A stretch of 64,000 nt of DNA, from positions 1-64,000 of the IMG/VR virus record IMGVR_UViG_3300025154_000083; one strand, written 5' to 3'. The position numbers and the translations under genes are program-made. This document shows, piece after piece, positions 18,740-30,700 of this stretch. Position 1 is the stretch's first letter. Each line of letters begins with the position of its first letter. The notes beneath the pieces were generated by a model that saw only the letters and a program-made list of their open reading frames with translations, had not been told where the DNA came from and did not search any database. This DNA comes from an uncultured virus (IMG/VR IMGVR_UViG_3300025154_000083). Lineage: Duplodnaviria > Heunggongvirae > Uroviricota > Caudoviricetes.

Positions 18740-21700
18740 ATGGCCTACGATGGACGATTGATCGATGAAATGGCGGCTGAGCTTCTCGGCCCTCCCGCAA
18801 CTGCCGCAACACAGCCAGCGACTGCCACAACGCCCATTGATACCGCATTACCTGAAGCACCGGCAGCACCAGCCAGCCCACTACCCACCGCCGCCGCGCC
18901 GACGATCCAGTCCGACCCAATGGGCACGACAGAGCAGCCATTCATTCCATCGCAAGCCTCACCAGTCTTCCAGGCTCCGCAAGCCTCGCCCACATCACCA
19001 ATCCCCACCACCTTCAAGGCATCCCAAATCGACGCCCTGGCAGAGCAACTCTTCGGACCCGCCCCTGAGCCGCGCACGACACGACGCACGACATCTCGCG
19101 GGCTGGCTGGCGGTCTTTCCGATGGCAGCATTGATGTTGGGCCGCAAGGTGGAGTAGTCCGCGGCTACGACATATCAAGATACGCTACCGATCCACGGCA
19201 CGAACAAAGCGTTGCCAGATATGCAAACGAGCTTTCCAGTCTCAGTTCCATCGAGGCCATAGACACCCACATCCAATCCGTGGCCCCTGGGAGCCCCGTG
19301 ACCGGATCAATGGTGGCTTCCTCTGCCAGCAGGTACAACGTTGACCCTTTTGTCGTTCTGGCGCTCATGAGGCAGGATAGTTCATACGGAACGCGCGGGA
19401 AGGGAGCCAGGACATTCAATCCCGGAAATGTTGGAAATGACGATGCCGGGAACATGAAGAACTTCGGAGACTGGCAGCAGGGCGTTGACGCCGTGGCCGG
19501 ATGGCTCTCTCGCCACAAAGCCGGTGCCGGCAGCGAAGGGCAAGGTAGTCGCGGCATCGAGGGGCAAGGTCTCCTAGGCCTCCAACCCTTCACGGCCAAC
19601 GCCCCGCCGGCCTCCCTGGAAACGCGCCGCCGCGCCCTCGGCTTGATCGGCATGCAGACCCCGGAGGACATTGCCGCGCAGAAGCGAAGAGAAGCTTGGG
19701 AAAGCGCCGTTGACGACATGGCGACTGAATTGCTTGGACCTCCTGGCGTTGGAATGGCTGATGCCGGAAAAGGTGGAAGCCTGTTTGGGGATATCGAAAG
19801 TGGGCATACGGCTGGTGGACCTGATGCAGCCGAAACATACCTTCGCGCGGGCCGAGTCATGGGAGTAGACACTTCTTCCATGCTCTCTGACCTCGAAGCA
19901 AAACGGAAGAGGTGGACACTCGAGAAGCCATCAAAGGCGGCGCAAGAAGAAGGCATGGGCGGATATCGAAAGTGGGCATACGAAGGGGCGAGAAGTTTCA
20001 GCCATTCCGTGTCCACCAGGCTTCCGGCCACCGTAACCGGTGCGTTGTTTGGTGGTGCAGCGGGAGCGCTCGCGGGGTATGTGACCAGTGGTGCTGCGCT
20101 CTTTGGCTTGGCCGAGTATGACCGGTTCATGGAAGACGCGGAAAAGCTTGGAATTCCCAGGGAAGAAGCATACGATGAAGCGGTTGTCGCGGCCATTGCC
20201 GAGACAGCATTTGAAGCCTCCAGCGATCTTCTTGAAATGAAGATGCTTAAGCTCTTCGGGGGAAACCTTACTGAACCGGTCAAGGGATTGATCCGAAGGT
20301 ATGTGGGCAATGTATTGAAAATCGCTCCCGTCGAGATAGCAACCGAGGCCCCGACGGCAGCAGTGCAGGCGGCGGCCAGGGAGAGCGCCGGGATGCCAAC
20401 GCCAACCCCTGGACAAGCCGCGCTTGAATCGATTCCGTCAACGGCCGCCACTTCACTTTTCTTTGCCGGGCTTGGAACGGCGGCACAGGGGAGAAGAGGG
20501 CAAGGCGGGACTGGCGGGGAAGGTGGAGCAGGGTCGGAAGATACAGGCGACACCGGGCAGCCGGCCACTCCTCCTTCAGGGCCAAAAGGCTTTCCAGAGC
20601 TTCAGCGCGTGGAGCGCATCGGAATCGAAGCACCGCAAGAGCGCTTTGGACTTCCCGCTCCCCCGGAGGGGTATCCTGGCGAGCCAGCTCCTGAAGGCGT
20701 TCCAAGACTTCCTTCCCCGACTCAGAATTGGCGCATGATGGTCCCCGACCTGCGCGGCATGAACCGGGATCAGATGCTTGAATACGCCGACTCTCGCAAA
20801 ATTTCCTTGAAGGATAGGAGCAACAAGCTCAAAATCTTTAACTCGATCAAGGCGTATTACGACCAGATTAATCCGTCACAGCTCGTGACAGGAGAGGCCG
20901 CGACGCGCACCCCGGTAAGGCAGGGCGTCCAGGAAGAGCGGTACTCTCCCGAGGCCATTCTTGCGCGACCGGAAGTACCGACGCCTGGAGGACCGGCCCA
21001 ACGCACAACCCCGACTCCGCAAACTGCCGCGAGACAGCCTCTTGCCATGCCACAACAAGAGCCGCAACAAGAGCCGCAAGAGGCAATGAAAGGAGAAGCA
21101 CCCGATGCCCAAGGGATACGAAGCGATGAGGGACAGGTTTATCCGGGAGGGAATGTCCAGGGACAAGGCGCAGGAGAAGGCGGCCAAGATCTGGAATTCC
21201 CAAAATCCGAGGAACCCGGTGGGGAAGCGGCACGTCAAGGAACCGCCGAAGAAGTAGGGCAGGGAGAACCGGCTGGCCTCGAAGGACAAACAACGCGAGA
21301 AGGCCTCGAAGGAGAAGCCCCTCCTCTTCAAGGCCAGCAGTCAGAACAAGAAAACCCCGTATCCATAGCCCAGCAGTCCCTGAAAACGCCGCTCGACATA
21401 GCCGCCCACGAAGCAGCAAGCTCCCCGCTGAACGACAAGCCACAACCCACGACCCCGCAGATTAAAGCCGACAACGCAGAGCTCGGCCACTTCTCCTTCC
21501 AGGGAATCCCGATCTCCATAGAAAGTCCCATCGGCTCCGTCCGGAAAGACGTGAATCACGACCCCCCGAAGTGGCAGCGTGTCATAAAAGAGGCGCATTA
21601 CGGCAGGATCAAGGGGGTTCGTGGCCGCGACAAGGACCTGCTCGACGTGTTCGTGCGGACGGATAATCTGACCGGAGACAAGACGCTGGATGCAAAACTT

Positions 21701-24700
21701 CCGGTGTTCATTATCGACCAGATAAATCCCGAAACCGGCAAGTTCGATGAATTGAAGGCCGTAGCTGGTGGAAAGGACGAGCAGCAGGCACTAGGAACCT
21801 ACCTTGCCAATTACCCGGAAGGGTGGCAGGGCCTTGGCGCCATAACCGAATTCACCATGCCGGAATTCAAGGCATGGCTCAAGGGCGGCGATGCCACGAA
21901 GCCTGTAGGCAAGAAGGTGCCGAAGGTTATTGAGACCGAGCAGGGCGTAGTGAAGCAGAAGGAGGATGTTGATCTCCCCTTCGCGGCCGGGCTTGCCGAG
22001 CAATTGGCCGAGCGGAAGCGGCTTGACCAGGAGCGCAAGGATCGAGAGCAGGCTGGGAAGGAGAAGGCGGAGAAGGGAAGTGCAGAATCCGAGAAGCCGA
22101 AATGGAAAACACGCATCGATGAAGGCCCTCCGGACTGGAATGCTGGACGCACCGATACCACCCGGTCAGATCGCGGGATGATTGATCCTCGAGAGATAGT
22201 TGGTCTGCCGGGAGAGAATGACGAGCACCTTCTATTCAAGAGAGATCGAACCGGAGGATATGGCACAGCGAAGTGGAATGCTTTCGTTCAGGACGTGAAG
22301 CAAAACGGCGTCAAGGAGCCCATCATCATCTTCAAGGAGAAGGACGGGAAGGTCCATATCTCCGAGGGGAATCACCGTGTTCGTGCTGCTGTTGAGGCCG
22401 GGCTAAAAGACATCCCGGTTGAGATCCGGTATTTCGGAAATTCTCAGCGTGATGGGTTGGTAGTCGATACGGAAACTGGGAAGTTGGTAAAGAAACCAGA
22501 AGCTCCCGCAGCACTGCCCGCCGCCCCTCCCCCCGTAACGCCGAAGCAGACCCGCACCGGGCCGACGGCCGAGACCGCCGCTCGGAAGCCGCTCAAGGAG
22601 AAAGCTGAGCCGGTTGCCGTGGCAGAGAAGGAAGTGGAGGAAGAGCCAGCAGCAAAGGAAGAGCCCCCTCTCTCTTCTCGGCCAACGACATCCTCCCCCG
22701 TTCAACCTGCCTCTTCCACTCCCCCCACCCTAACAGTCTCAGACCTGGACACCAAGTCCATAATCGTGAAGGGCGACTACACTGCGAACAAGGACCGCAT
22801 CGCCCCCGTCTTGAAGCAGCACAGCGGGCTCTACAACGGCAAGCACAAGGGATGGGTGTTCCCCAAGAAGAACGAGGCCGCGGTACGGGCGGCGTTGGGG
22901 ATTGGAGGGGAGAAGGCAGGGAAGGATGAGAATGTCGCAGAGAAGTCTGAGCAGACCGCTCAGCCAGGACCCCAACGAATAATCGTCGGAAAGAACAGGG
23001 ACGGGGATACGATCTACTCCGACGACAAGGGCGCTCGCTACATCCTTGAAGGGGGAATGCGGGTCCAATCCTTTGTGTTGCGTCCAGGATACATCGACGA
23101 GCAGTTCATGACGGTTGAGGAGGTGGAGGCGGAGAAGCCCAAGAGCGAAGACGCTCTTGAACCAGAACCCTCCGCACCTGCCCCGGTCACCCCCGCGAAG
23201 TCCATGGCTGATGCGTCCAGAGAAGAGGAACAAGCTCCTGCCGCATCTTCCAGCCAACGTCTTGCAACCTGGGTAAAAGGGAAGGTCGCGCGGAAGGAAT
23301 CCTTCACCTGGCAGGATCTTTTCTCCGAAGCCGACAAAGCATTCAGTGGAACGCAGGCTCAAGGCAAATACACTCCAAAGGATGCCTATGACGCAATGGA
23401 GATGGGCGTAAATCAGGCTATCCTCGCGTCAGATCTTACTATGAATCCGTCCAACCACACCCTTCAGGAAGCTGAGCAAAAAGTCAAAGAACTTCAAAAC
23501 CTCATTGCCAAGCTACCGACGCAATCCAAGCGTACAGAGGAAATGGATGAATTTCAGCAGTTCTCGACGCCTCCACCCCTGGCCTATCTTGCTTCCTGGG
23601 TTGCGAACGTAAACGAACAAGACACGGCCATCGAGCCATCGGCGGGCATTGGCGGGCTTGCCGTGTTCGCCAAGAACGCAGGTGCAAAAGTCTTCGTGAA
23701 TGAGCTTTCGCCGCGCCGCGCCGCCATCCTTGAAGAGATGGGCTTCGACCGGGTGTTTACCGAGAATGCCGAGCAACTGGACAATGTTCTGCTCGATGAC
23801 GTAAAACCTACCGTAGTCGTCATGAACCCTCCCTTTTCTTCCACGGCTGGACGCATCAAGGGGCAGCGTAACACCATGAATGCGGCTCGGCATATCGAGC
23901 AGGCATTGAATCGCCTTGAAGACCGCGGGCGCCTCGTTGCCATCGTCGGGCGCGGCATGTCGGTGGACGCTCCCTCCTTCCGGGACTGGTTCGCCAAGAT
24001 CGGGAAGAAGTACACCGTCCTGGCCGACATTGGCCTATCGGGAAAGGGATATCAGAAATATGGAACCACGTTTGATAATCGCGTGATTGTCATTGACAAA
24101 ACGGGGCCGGGTTTCGATAATATAATCAAAGGCAGTGTTGAAGATGTGACAGAAGCATTGCCCCTCTTACTTGGAGTGAGAAATGCACGCCAACGATCCA
24201 AGACAAGTCAAGGCGCTGAATCTTCACAAGCTCAACCGGGCCGCGCTCAAGGCGCTCAAGAAGGCCAAACAGAGCCAAGACCCATCGTTACTCCACAGTC
24301 TTCAGTTGATGTTGTGGGCTCTGGACAACAAGAGCCTCGACCTCGACAGCCGGGTAAGCGAGACGGTGAGGTCAATGAGCCGGTGGAGCCCGGAAGAAGT
24401 GATGAAGGTGCTGACGGGGGAAAGCGAGGCGGGAGACCGGGTGGAGCTTCTCCGCAATCCGAGCAAGTCTCCGGTGAGCCAGGCACTCGAGTTGATAGGC
24501 CAGGTCGAGGAAAGGATGATAGCGACCGCGAGGCCGGACTACGCCAGCAACAGCGATTAGAAGTCTCCATGGCCAAAGCCGAAACTCAAGCTGAAGCCCT
24601 CTCAGATTCCGTTTACGACGCATACAAGCCTTCCGTGAAAGTAGCGGGTACCAAAGCGCACCCCGGCAATCTTGTCGAGAGTGCTGCCATGGCTTCCGTT

Positions 24701-27700
24701 GAGGCCCCTCCCGCCGATTATGTCCCGTCAATTCCTAAGGAAGTTCTTGCTGCCGGCAATCTCTCCGATGCCCAGATGGAAACGATTGTGCGCGCCGGGC
24801 AGGCCCACGATACCATCCTTGAAGGTGGGGAGCGGCAGGGGTTCTTTATTGGCGACGGAACCGGTGTCGGCAAGGGAAGGGAGATAGCCGGTGTCTTCCT
24901 CGATAATTGGAACAAGGGCCGCAAGAAAGGTGTGTGGCTCAGCGCAAATTCTTCCCTCTTCAAGGATGCTCGCCGCGACACTGAAGGAATTGGTGACGAC
25001 GCAGAGAAAATCTTTGAGCTTGGCAAAGTCAAGGCAACTTCGTCCATCAACGCCTCCGAGGGGATTCTCTTCGGAACCTACGACACGCTCAAGATGGCCG
25101 CGAAGGGTGAGCAGGGCAAGTCCGGGAAGCGCCGCATTGATCAAGTGGTTGCATGGTTAGGTGCGGATTTCGATGGAGTGATCGCACTTGATGAATCGCA
25201 TCGCGCCGGGAACGCCTTGCAGGTCCAGGGACAGCGCGGACGGAAAGACCCGTCCAAGACAGCACTCGCCGTAATCGAGCTTCAAGACAAACTTCCCAAC
25301 GCACGAGTGGTCTACGTGTCCGCAACCGGCGCAACGGAAGTCATGAACCTTGCCTACGCCAAGCGCCTTGGGCTTTGGGGCACTGGCACTCCCTTTCCTT
25401 CCGTGCAAGCCTTCGTGGGTCAAATTCAATCGGGCGGCATCGCGGCCATGGAGCTTGTGTCCCGCGACATGAAATCCATGGGGAAATATCTTGCCCGCTC
25501 TCTCTCCTTCCACGATGTGACCTATGACAAGCTCGAGCACGTCCTTACCGCCGACCAACGTGACATTTACGACAAGCTGGCCGAAGGATGGCAAACCGTT
25601 CTGAACAACCTGAATGAAGCCCTTCAAGAAACCGGAGTCGTGGATGAAGACGGAAAAACCATGGACGGTCGTGCCAAGAGCGCGGCAATGTCCGCTTTTT
25701 GGGGATCTCATCAGAGGTTTTTTAACCAGATCATCACTTCCATTCAGATGCCTTCCGTCATTTCCAGGATGAATAAAGAGCTTGAGAGCGGGAACGCCTG
25801 CGTGATCCAGCTCGTGAATACGAACGAGGCAAGTCTTGGCCGGGCTATGGCGAACCTGGAAGAAGATGAATCTCTGGAAGACCTCGATCTCACGCCGCGC
25901 GATCAGCTTATGCAGTACATCGAACGGAGCTTCCCCATCTTCCAGTATGAGCAATACGCAGATGAGGACGGGAATGTGAAGAGCCGCCCCGTGTTGGATG
26001 CCAACGGGAACCCGGTTGTGAACCGGACGGCCGAAGCCATGAAGGAGAGGCTTCTCGATCAGCTTGGAAGCATCCGTGTTCCCGATGGGCCGCTTGAAAT
26101 GATCCTGAATGAGTTTGGCGTGAAGGACGTTGCCGAAGTGACCGGGAGAACGCAGCGGGTCGTTACCGATGAATCCGGGAAGAGGGTACGAGAAAAGCGT
26201 AGCAAGGCCAAGACCGAAACCGACGCACAGGCGTTCCAGGAAGGGGAGAAAAATATCCTTGTCTTCTCAACGGCCGGCGGGACCGGGCTCAGTTATCACG
26301 CCGACTTGAAGGCGAAAAACCAGAAGAAGCGTATCCACTTCCTGGTTCAAGCAGGGTGGCGAGCGGATGTTGCAGTGCAAGGATTCGGTCGGACGCACCG
26401 GACCAATCAGAAGCAGGCCCCTCATTATCTCCTGGTTACGACGGACCTTAAAGGACAGAAGCGGTTTCTTTCTTCCATCGCTCGGCGCCTTGACCAGCTT
26501 GGGGCACTCACCAAAGGCCAGAGGCAAACAGGAAGTCAGGGATTCTTCAGCGCACGGGACAATCTGGAAAGTGAGTACGCAACCGAGGCGTTGCAGAAGT
26601 TCTTGAAGAACCTGCTGCATGATGGCGAGATTTCCGGGGTGAGCGTTGATGACTTCGAGCTTCAAACCGGAATGAAGCTCAGGAATGATAATGGTATGCA
26701 GGCGGCGGCGTCTCCACCAATGACGCAGTTCCTGAACCGTCTCCTTTCCTTGAAATACGATACTCAGAATGCCGTGTTTGATGCCTTCTCGAAAGAGATG
26801 GATGCCATTGTTCGACGCGAGATCGAGAATGGAACGCTCGACCAGGGGCTAGAGAACTTGAAGGCCGCGAAGATCGAATTGGTGAGCGAGCAGACCGTCC
26901 ATACCGACGAGAAGTCGGGGGCCGAAACGAAGTATGTGGAGCTCGACGTGTCCAACCCGACGCCCGTTGTTTCATGGGAAGAGAGCGGCAAGGTTGCCAG
27001 GAAGGGATATTACCAGAACCTTCGGAGCAAAAATGTTTGGGGGCGAGGCTCGGAAAAGCTTAGAACCAAGTCGAGCGGTGATGTGGTGAACGAAGCGCTT
27101 CTCACGGCCCCGTCGAGCAGGCATCAAAACGTCGAGACTATTGATCTGGATGACGAGAAGAAGTGGAGGAGGGTAGAAAAAGAAGAGGCTGAAAAGCTAT
27201 GGAACGATGAGTATGACAAGGTTCCCAAGATGGTCACGCAGCGCACACACTTGATCTCTGGCGCCATCCTTCCGATCTGGGACCGGCTTACCGGGAAGGC
27301 GAGGATTGTCAGGATTCAGACCGACAAGGGGCAGCGATTTCTCGGGAGGCTCATCAACCGGGAGGACCTGTCCAATACGCTGAGGAACCTTGGAGCATCG
27401 AGAACGACGGCTGAATACCCAACGGACAGGGCGATTCAACTTCTTGGCCAAGGGCACCGGCTTGAGCTTTCGAACGGGTGGACGGTAAAAGAGTCTCGCG
27501 TGTCCGGGGAAATGAGGATCGAAATTGTTGGGCCGAACTTTAACTTCGATGCGGAGCTTGCGCGGGCCGGGGTTTTCACGGAGCGCGTCAATTGGAAGAC
27601 TCGCTATTTCATTCCTACGGGAACGGATGCCGGGCAGGTTCTGGACAAGGTTACAAAGAGCAGGCCCATTGTGGATGACGTGGCTCCCTTCCAGGGGAGT

Positions 27701-30700
27701 GGGCGTGTTGGCGCAGAAGAGATGGAGGGCGGAAACGCCAAAGAAGAGAGAGAGCAGGAAGATAGGCAAGCACCCACCCTTCAAGGCGTTCCCAAAATCA
27801 AAATCACTAACCCCGAAGAGAAGATCACCCACAAGGCTGGATACTCCGAGTTCTTCACGACCGTAGTTGATGCCGATGGAGGCCAGGCCGCAAAGCGCGT
27901 GAGCGGAAAAGCTGTGAAGGTGAAGGGCCTTCCCGATGGGCGAGAAGCGTTCGCTTACAAGATTGACGGAGCATACCCATGGGTCGTGGTGGACAAGCAG
28001 AGTGGGCTGGCTTTGGCATCTGGTGAAAGGACCATGGAAAATGCCGTATTCACTGCCGAGCTCAGCATTGAAAACGTAGATAAGGAAGAAATGGACAAGG
28101 TATTCGCCGAGTCTGAGCTTGACTTGTTGCCTCTGTATTCATGGCAAGCGCCAGGCGGACAAGGCACCACCAACCTATACTCAGGCTTCCCGGTAGACGA
28201 GTTGATCCGAGAAATCCGCGCGGCCAAGGCCAGCATAGAAGAGTTGATGCCGCGCATCATGCCCCGCCTGACCGACCTGGGAGCCCGTATAATCGCCCGC
28301 GGCCACAACACGGCCCGCACCTTCAAGGAAGAGCTGTCTCGCGTTCTCGGGGACGCCTTCGACGCCGTGCGCCGGTACGTGCTGAAGATCTTCGCCGCCG
28401 CGCAACGGGCTTACGCGAAGCTGCCTGATGCCGTGAAGAATGAGTGGGGGACCTTTGCTGGGCCGAAGGCGCAATGGTGGGACAAGGCCGAGGGAAAGTT
28501 CTCTAGTTTGTATGACAAAAGGGAAAAATTTGAGATTGATGATAGTGGGGCGAGGATAAAGAAAGCAGATGAGATACTGCCCAAGGAGTTTAAGTTCAAG
28601 GAATCTGATGACGGGTTTCATGTTTATAGGAAGGGGAAATTTGAAGGCTTAGGAGTAGACAAATGGAGAGCGGCCGTAGATGTTTCCCAACGATATGGAA
28701 TGACACTTGATGATATTTTGGATCATCCTGAACTTTTCAAACAGTATCCAGAATTAAGGAAGCTGGGACTTACGTTTCTTGAGAATCCTGATGGTTCCAA
28801 AATATCGGGGTCTTATAGTCCCAGATCGAACAAGATTGAGATTCGATATCCGAGCAAAGAGGTGTTTGCTGAGTTAGGTAAAGATCTAAATACGAATCTT
28901 AAAAAAGATCTCCTTCATGAGATCCAGCACGCCATCCAAAAACTTGAAGACTTCGCTCGAGGCGGGGCTCCATTAATTGAAAAGATAAAACAGCAACATC
29001 CAAAAGAGTTTGAAACCGCAATCGACAGAATTAAATCTGAGAAGCCGACATGGACTAGCGTTAGATCCGTTTTTGGTGGAGATGTTGGACAAACGGCAGC
29101 ATTCTCCATTTACAATCGTCTCGCCGGAGAAATAGAAGCCAGGGACGTAGCATCCCGATCCAACCTGACCCCGGAGCAACGCCGGGCAACGCCGCCCTAC
29201 TCTTCCGAAAACATCGCGCCCGAGGACGCCATTGTGCGGTTTGGGGACGGTGAGACTCAGATGGCTGTTGCTCCCAAGGATCTCCCTGAATCAGCGAAGG
29301 CGAAGCTTGCGGGGACTCGGGTTGTTGGGGAGGATGGGGAACCGCTTGCCGTATTCCATGGTGGCGAAGCAGCAATAGGAGAATTCAAAAATAAGCCGGA
29401 CAGGCGAGGCGGCAACGGTGGATTTTACTTCACTCCTAACGCAAGATTGGCCAGCGTGTTTGCGGATCAAGCCGATGTTCCAGGCGTGCATCAGGTTTAT
29501 CTGGCTATTAAAAATCCCAAGATCGTTGATTTTGATACAGGTGCTTCCGCTAATCTTTCCCCTAAAGACATTGCGTCGTTGAAATCCCAAGGCTTTGATG
29601 GGGTAATTGGCAAAAGAGATAAGACTGTCGTTGAATACGTCGTCTTCAACTCCGACCAGATAGTCTCGGCCCTGAGCCCGGAAGGGGAGGCGGCGGGGAA
29701 GCAGCCCGAGCAGCAAGGGCAGCAGAAGCAACCCGAGCAACTTCGCTCCGCCCTAACCCCTCCCCTTCAAAGCGAGCAAGGCGCAATCCGCCTGCCCCAG
29801 CTTCCTAAATTCCCAAACTGGTCTCGCGCCAAAGCTCAACGCGCCTCGACCGGAGACGCCGAAATCGATGCCGCCCTGAACAAAATCGGCCCGGCCCAAA
29901 AAACAACGAAGGAGAAGCTCGACGCCGCTCTCGACAACTGGAAGCTCAAGGCCGAGCAGGGCATTTTCGATAGGTTCGCATCCCTCAAGGCACTTGCGAA
30001 ATCAGCCGGGATCGACACGGCCAGCAACGCATCCAGGATCCAGGAAGACCCATACGTCGCAGCCACCATGACCACATCTCTCGGGGATATGCTGGCGACC
30101 ATGATGAACCACGGCGTGCCCCAATGGAAGGAAGGCGCCGTATGGACCCCAACCAGGAACAAGGGGCTCGCCCAAGTCTTCGAGCCCGTGGCCGACCAAC
30201 TTGACATGTTCCTCGGATGGATGGTCGGAAAGCGCGCCGAGAAGCTCATGGCCGAGGGCCGCGAGAACTACTTCACCGACGCTGAGATCAAGGCACTCAA
30301 GCGCATCATCACCCTTCCCGAAAACAAGGCCAAGTTCCTTAAGGTGGAAGCCGACTACATTGCCTTCAAGAAGGGGGTTCTCGACTTCGCGGAGGCGAGT
30401 GGAGTAATCAACGCCGAAGAGCGTCTTCTCTGGGACCACGACGAGTACGTGCCATTCTACCGGATCATGGAAGAAACTCAAGGGCTCAAAGGGCCACGAA
30501 ATAAAAACTCCGTCGCAAGTCAGTACAGTGGCATCAAGAAGCTCAAAGGCGGTGAATCGAGGCTTGGGGACATATTCGTCAACATCATGATGAACTTTTC
30601 TCACCTCGTGGACGCCAGCGTCAAAAACCACGCAACCGAGCTTTCCATCCAGGCCGCCGAGAAAATGGGTGTTGCGGTCAAAGCCAAGAATCAGTTCAAG

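Noticed and set aside
21966..28428. Other same-strand nested ORFs in the giant gene (21966-22181, 28141-28428)
   Set aside because: Arg/Pro/Ser-rich frameshift-like composition and poor RBS spacing.
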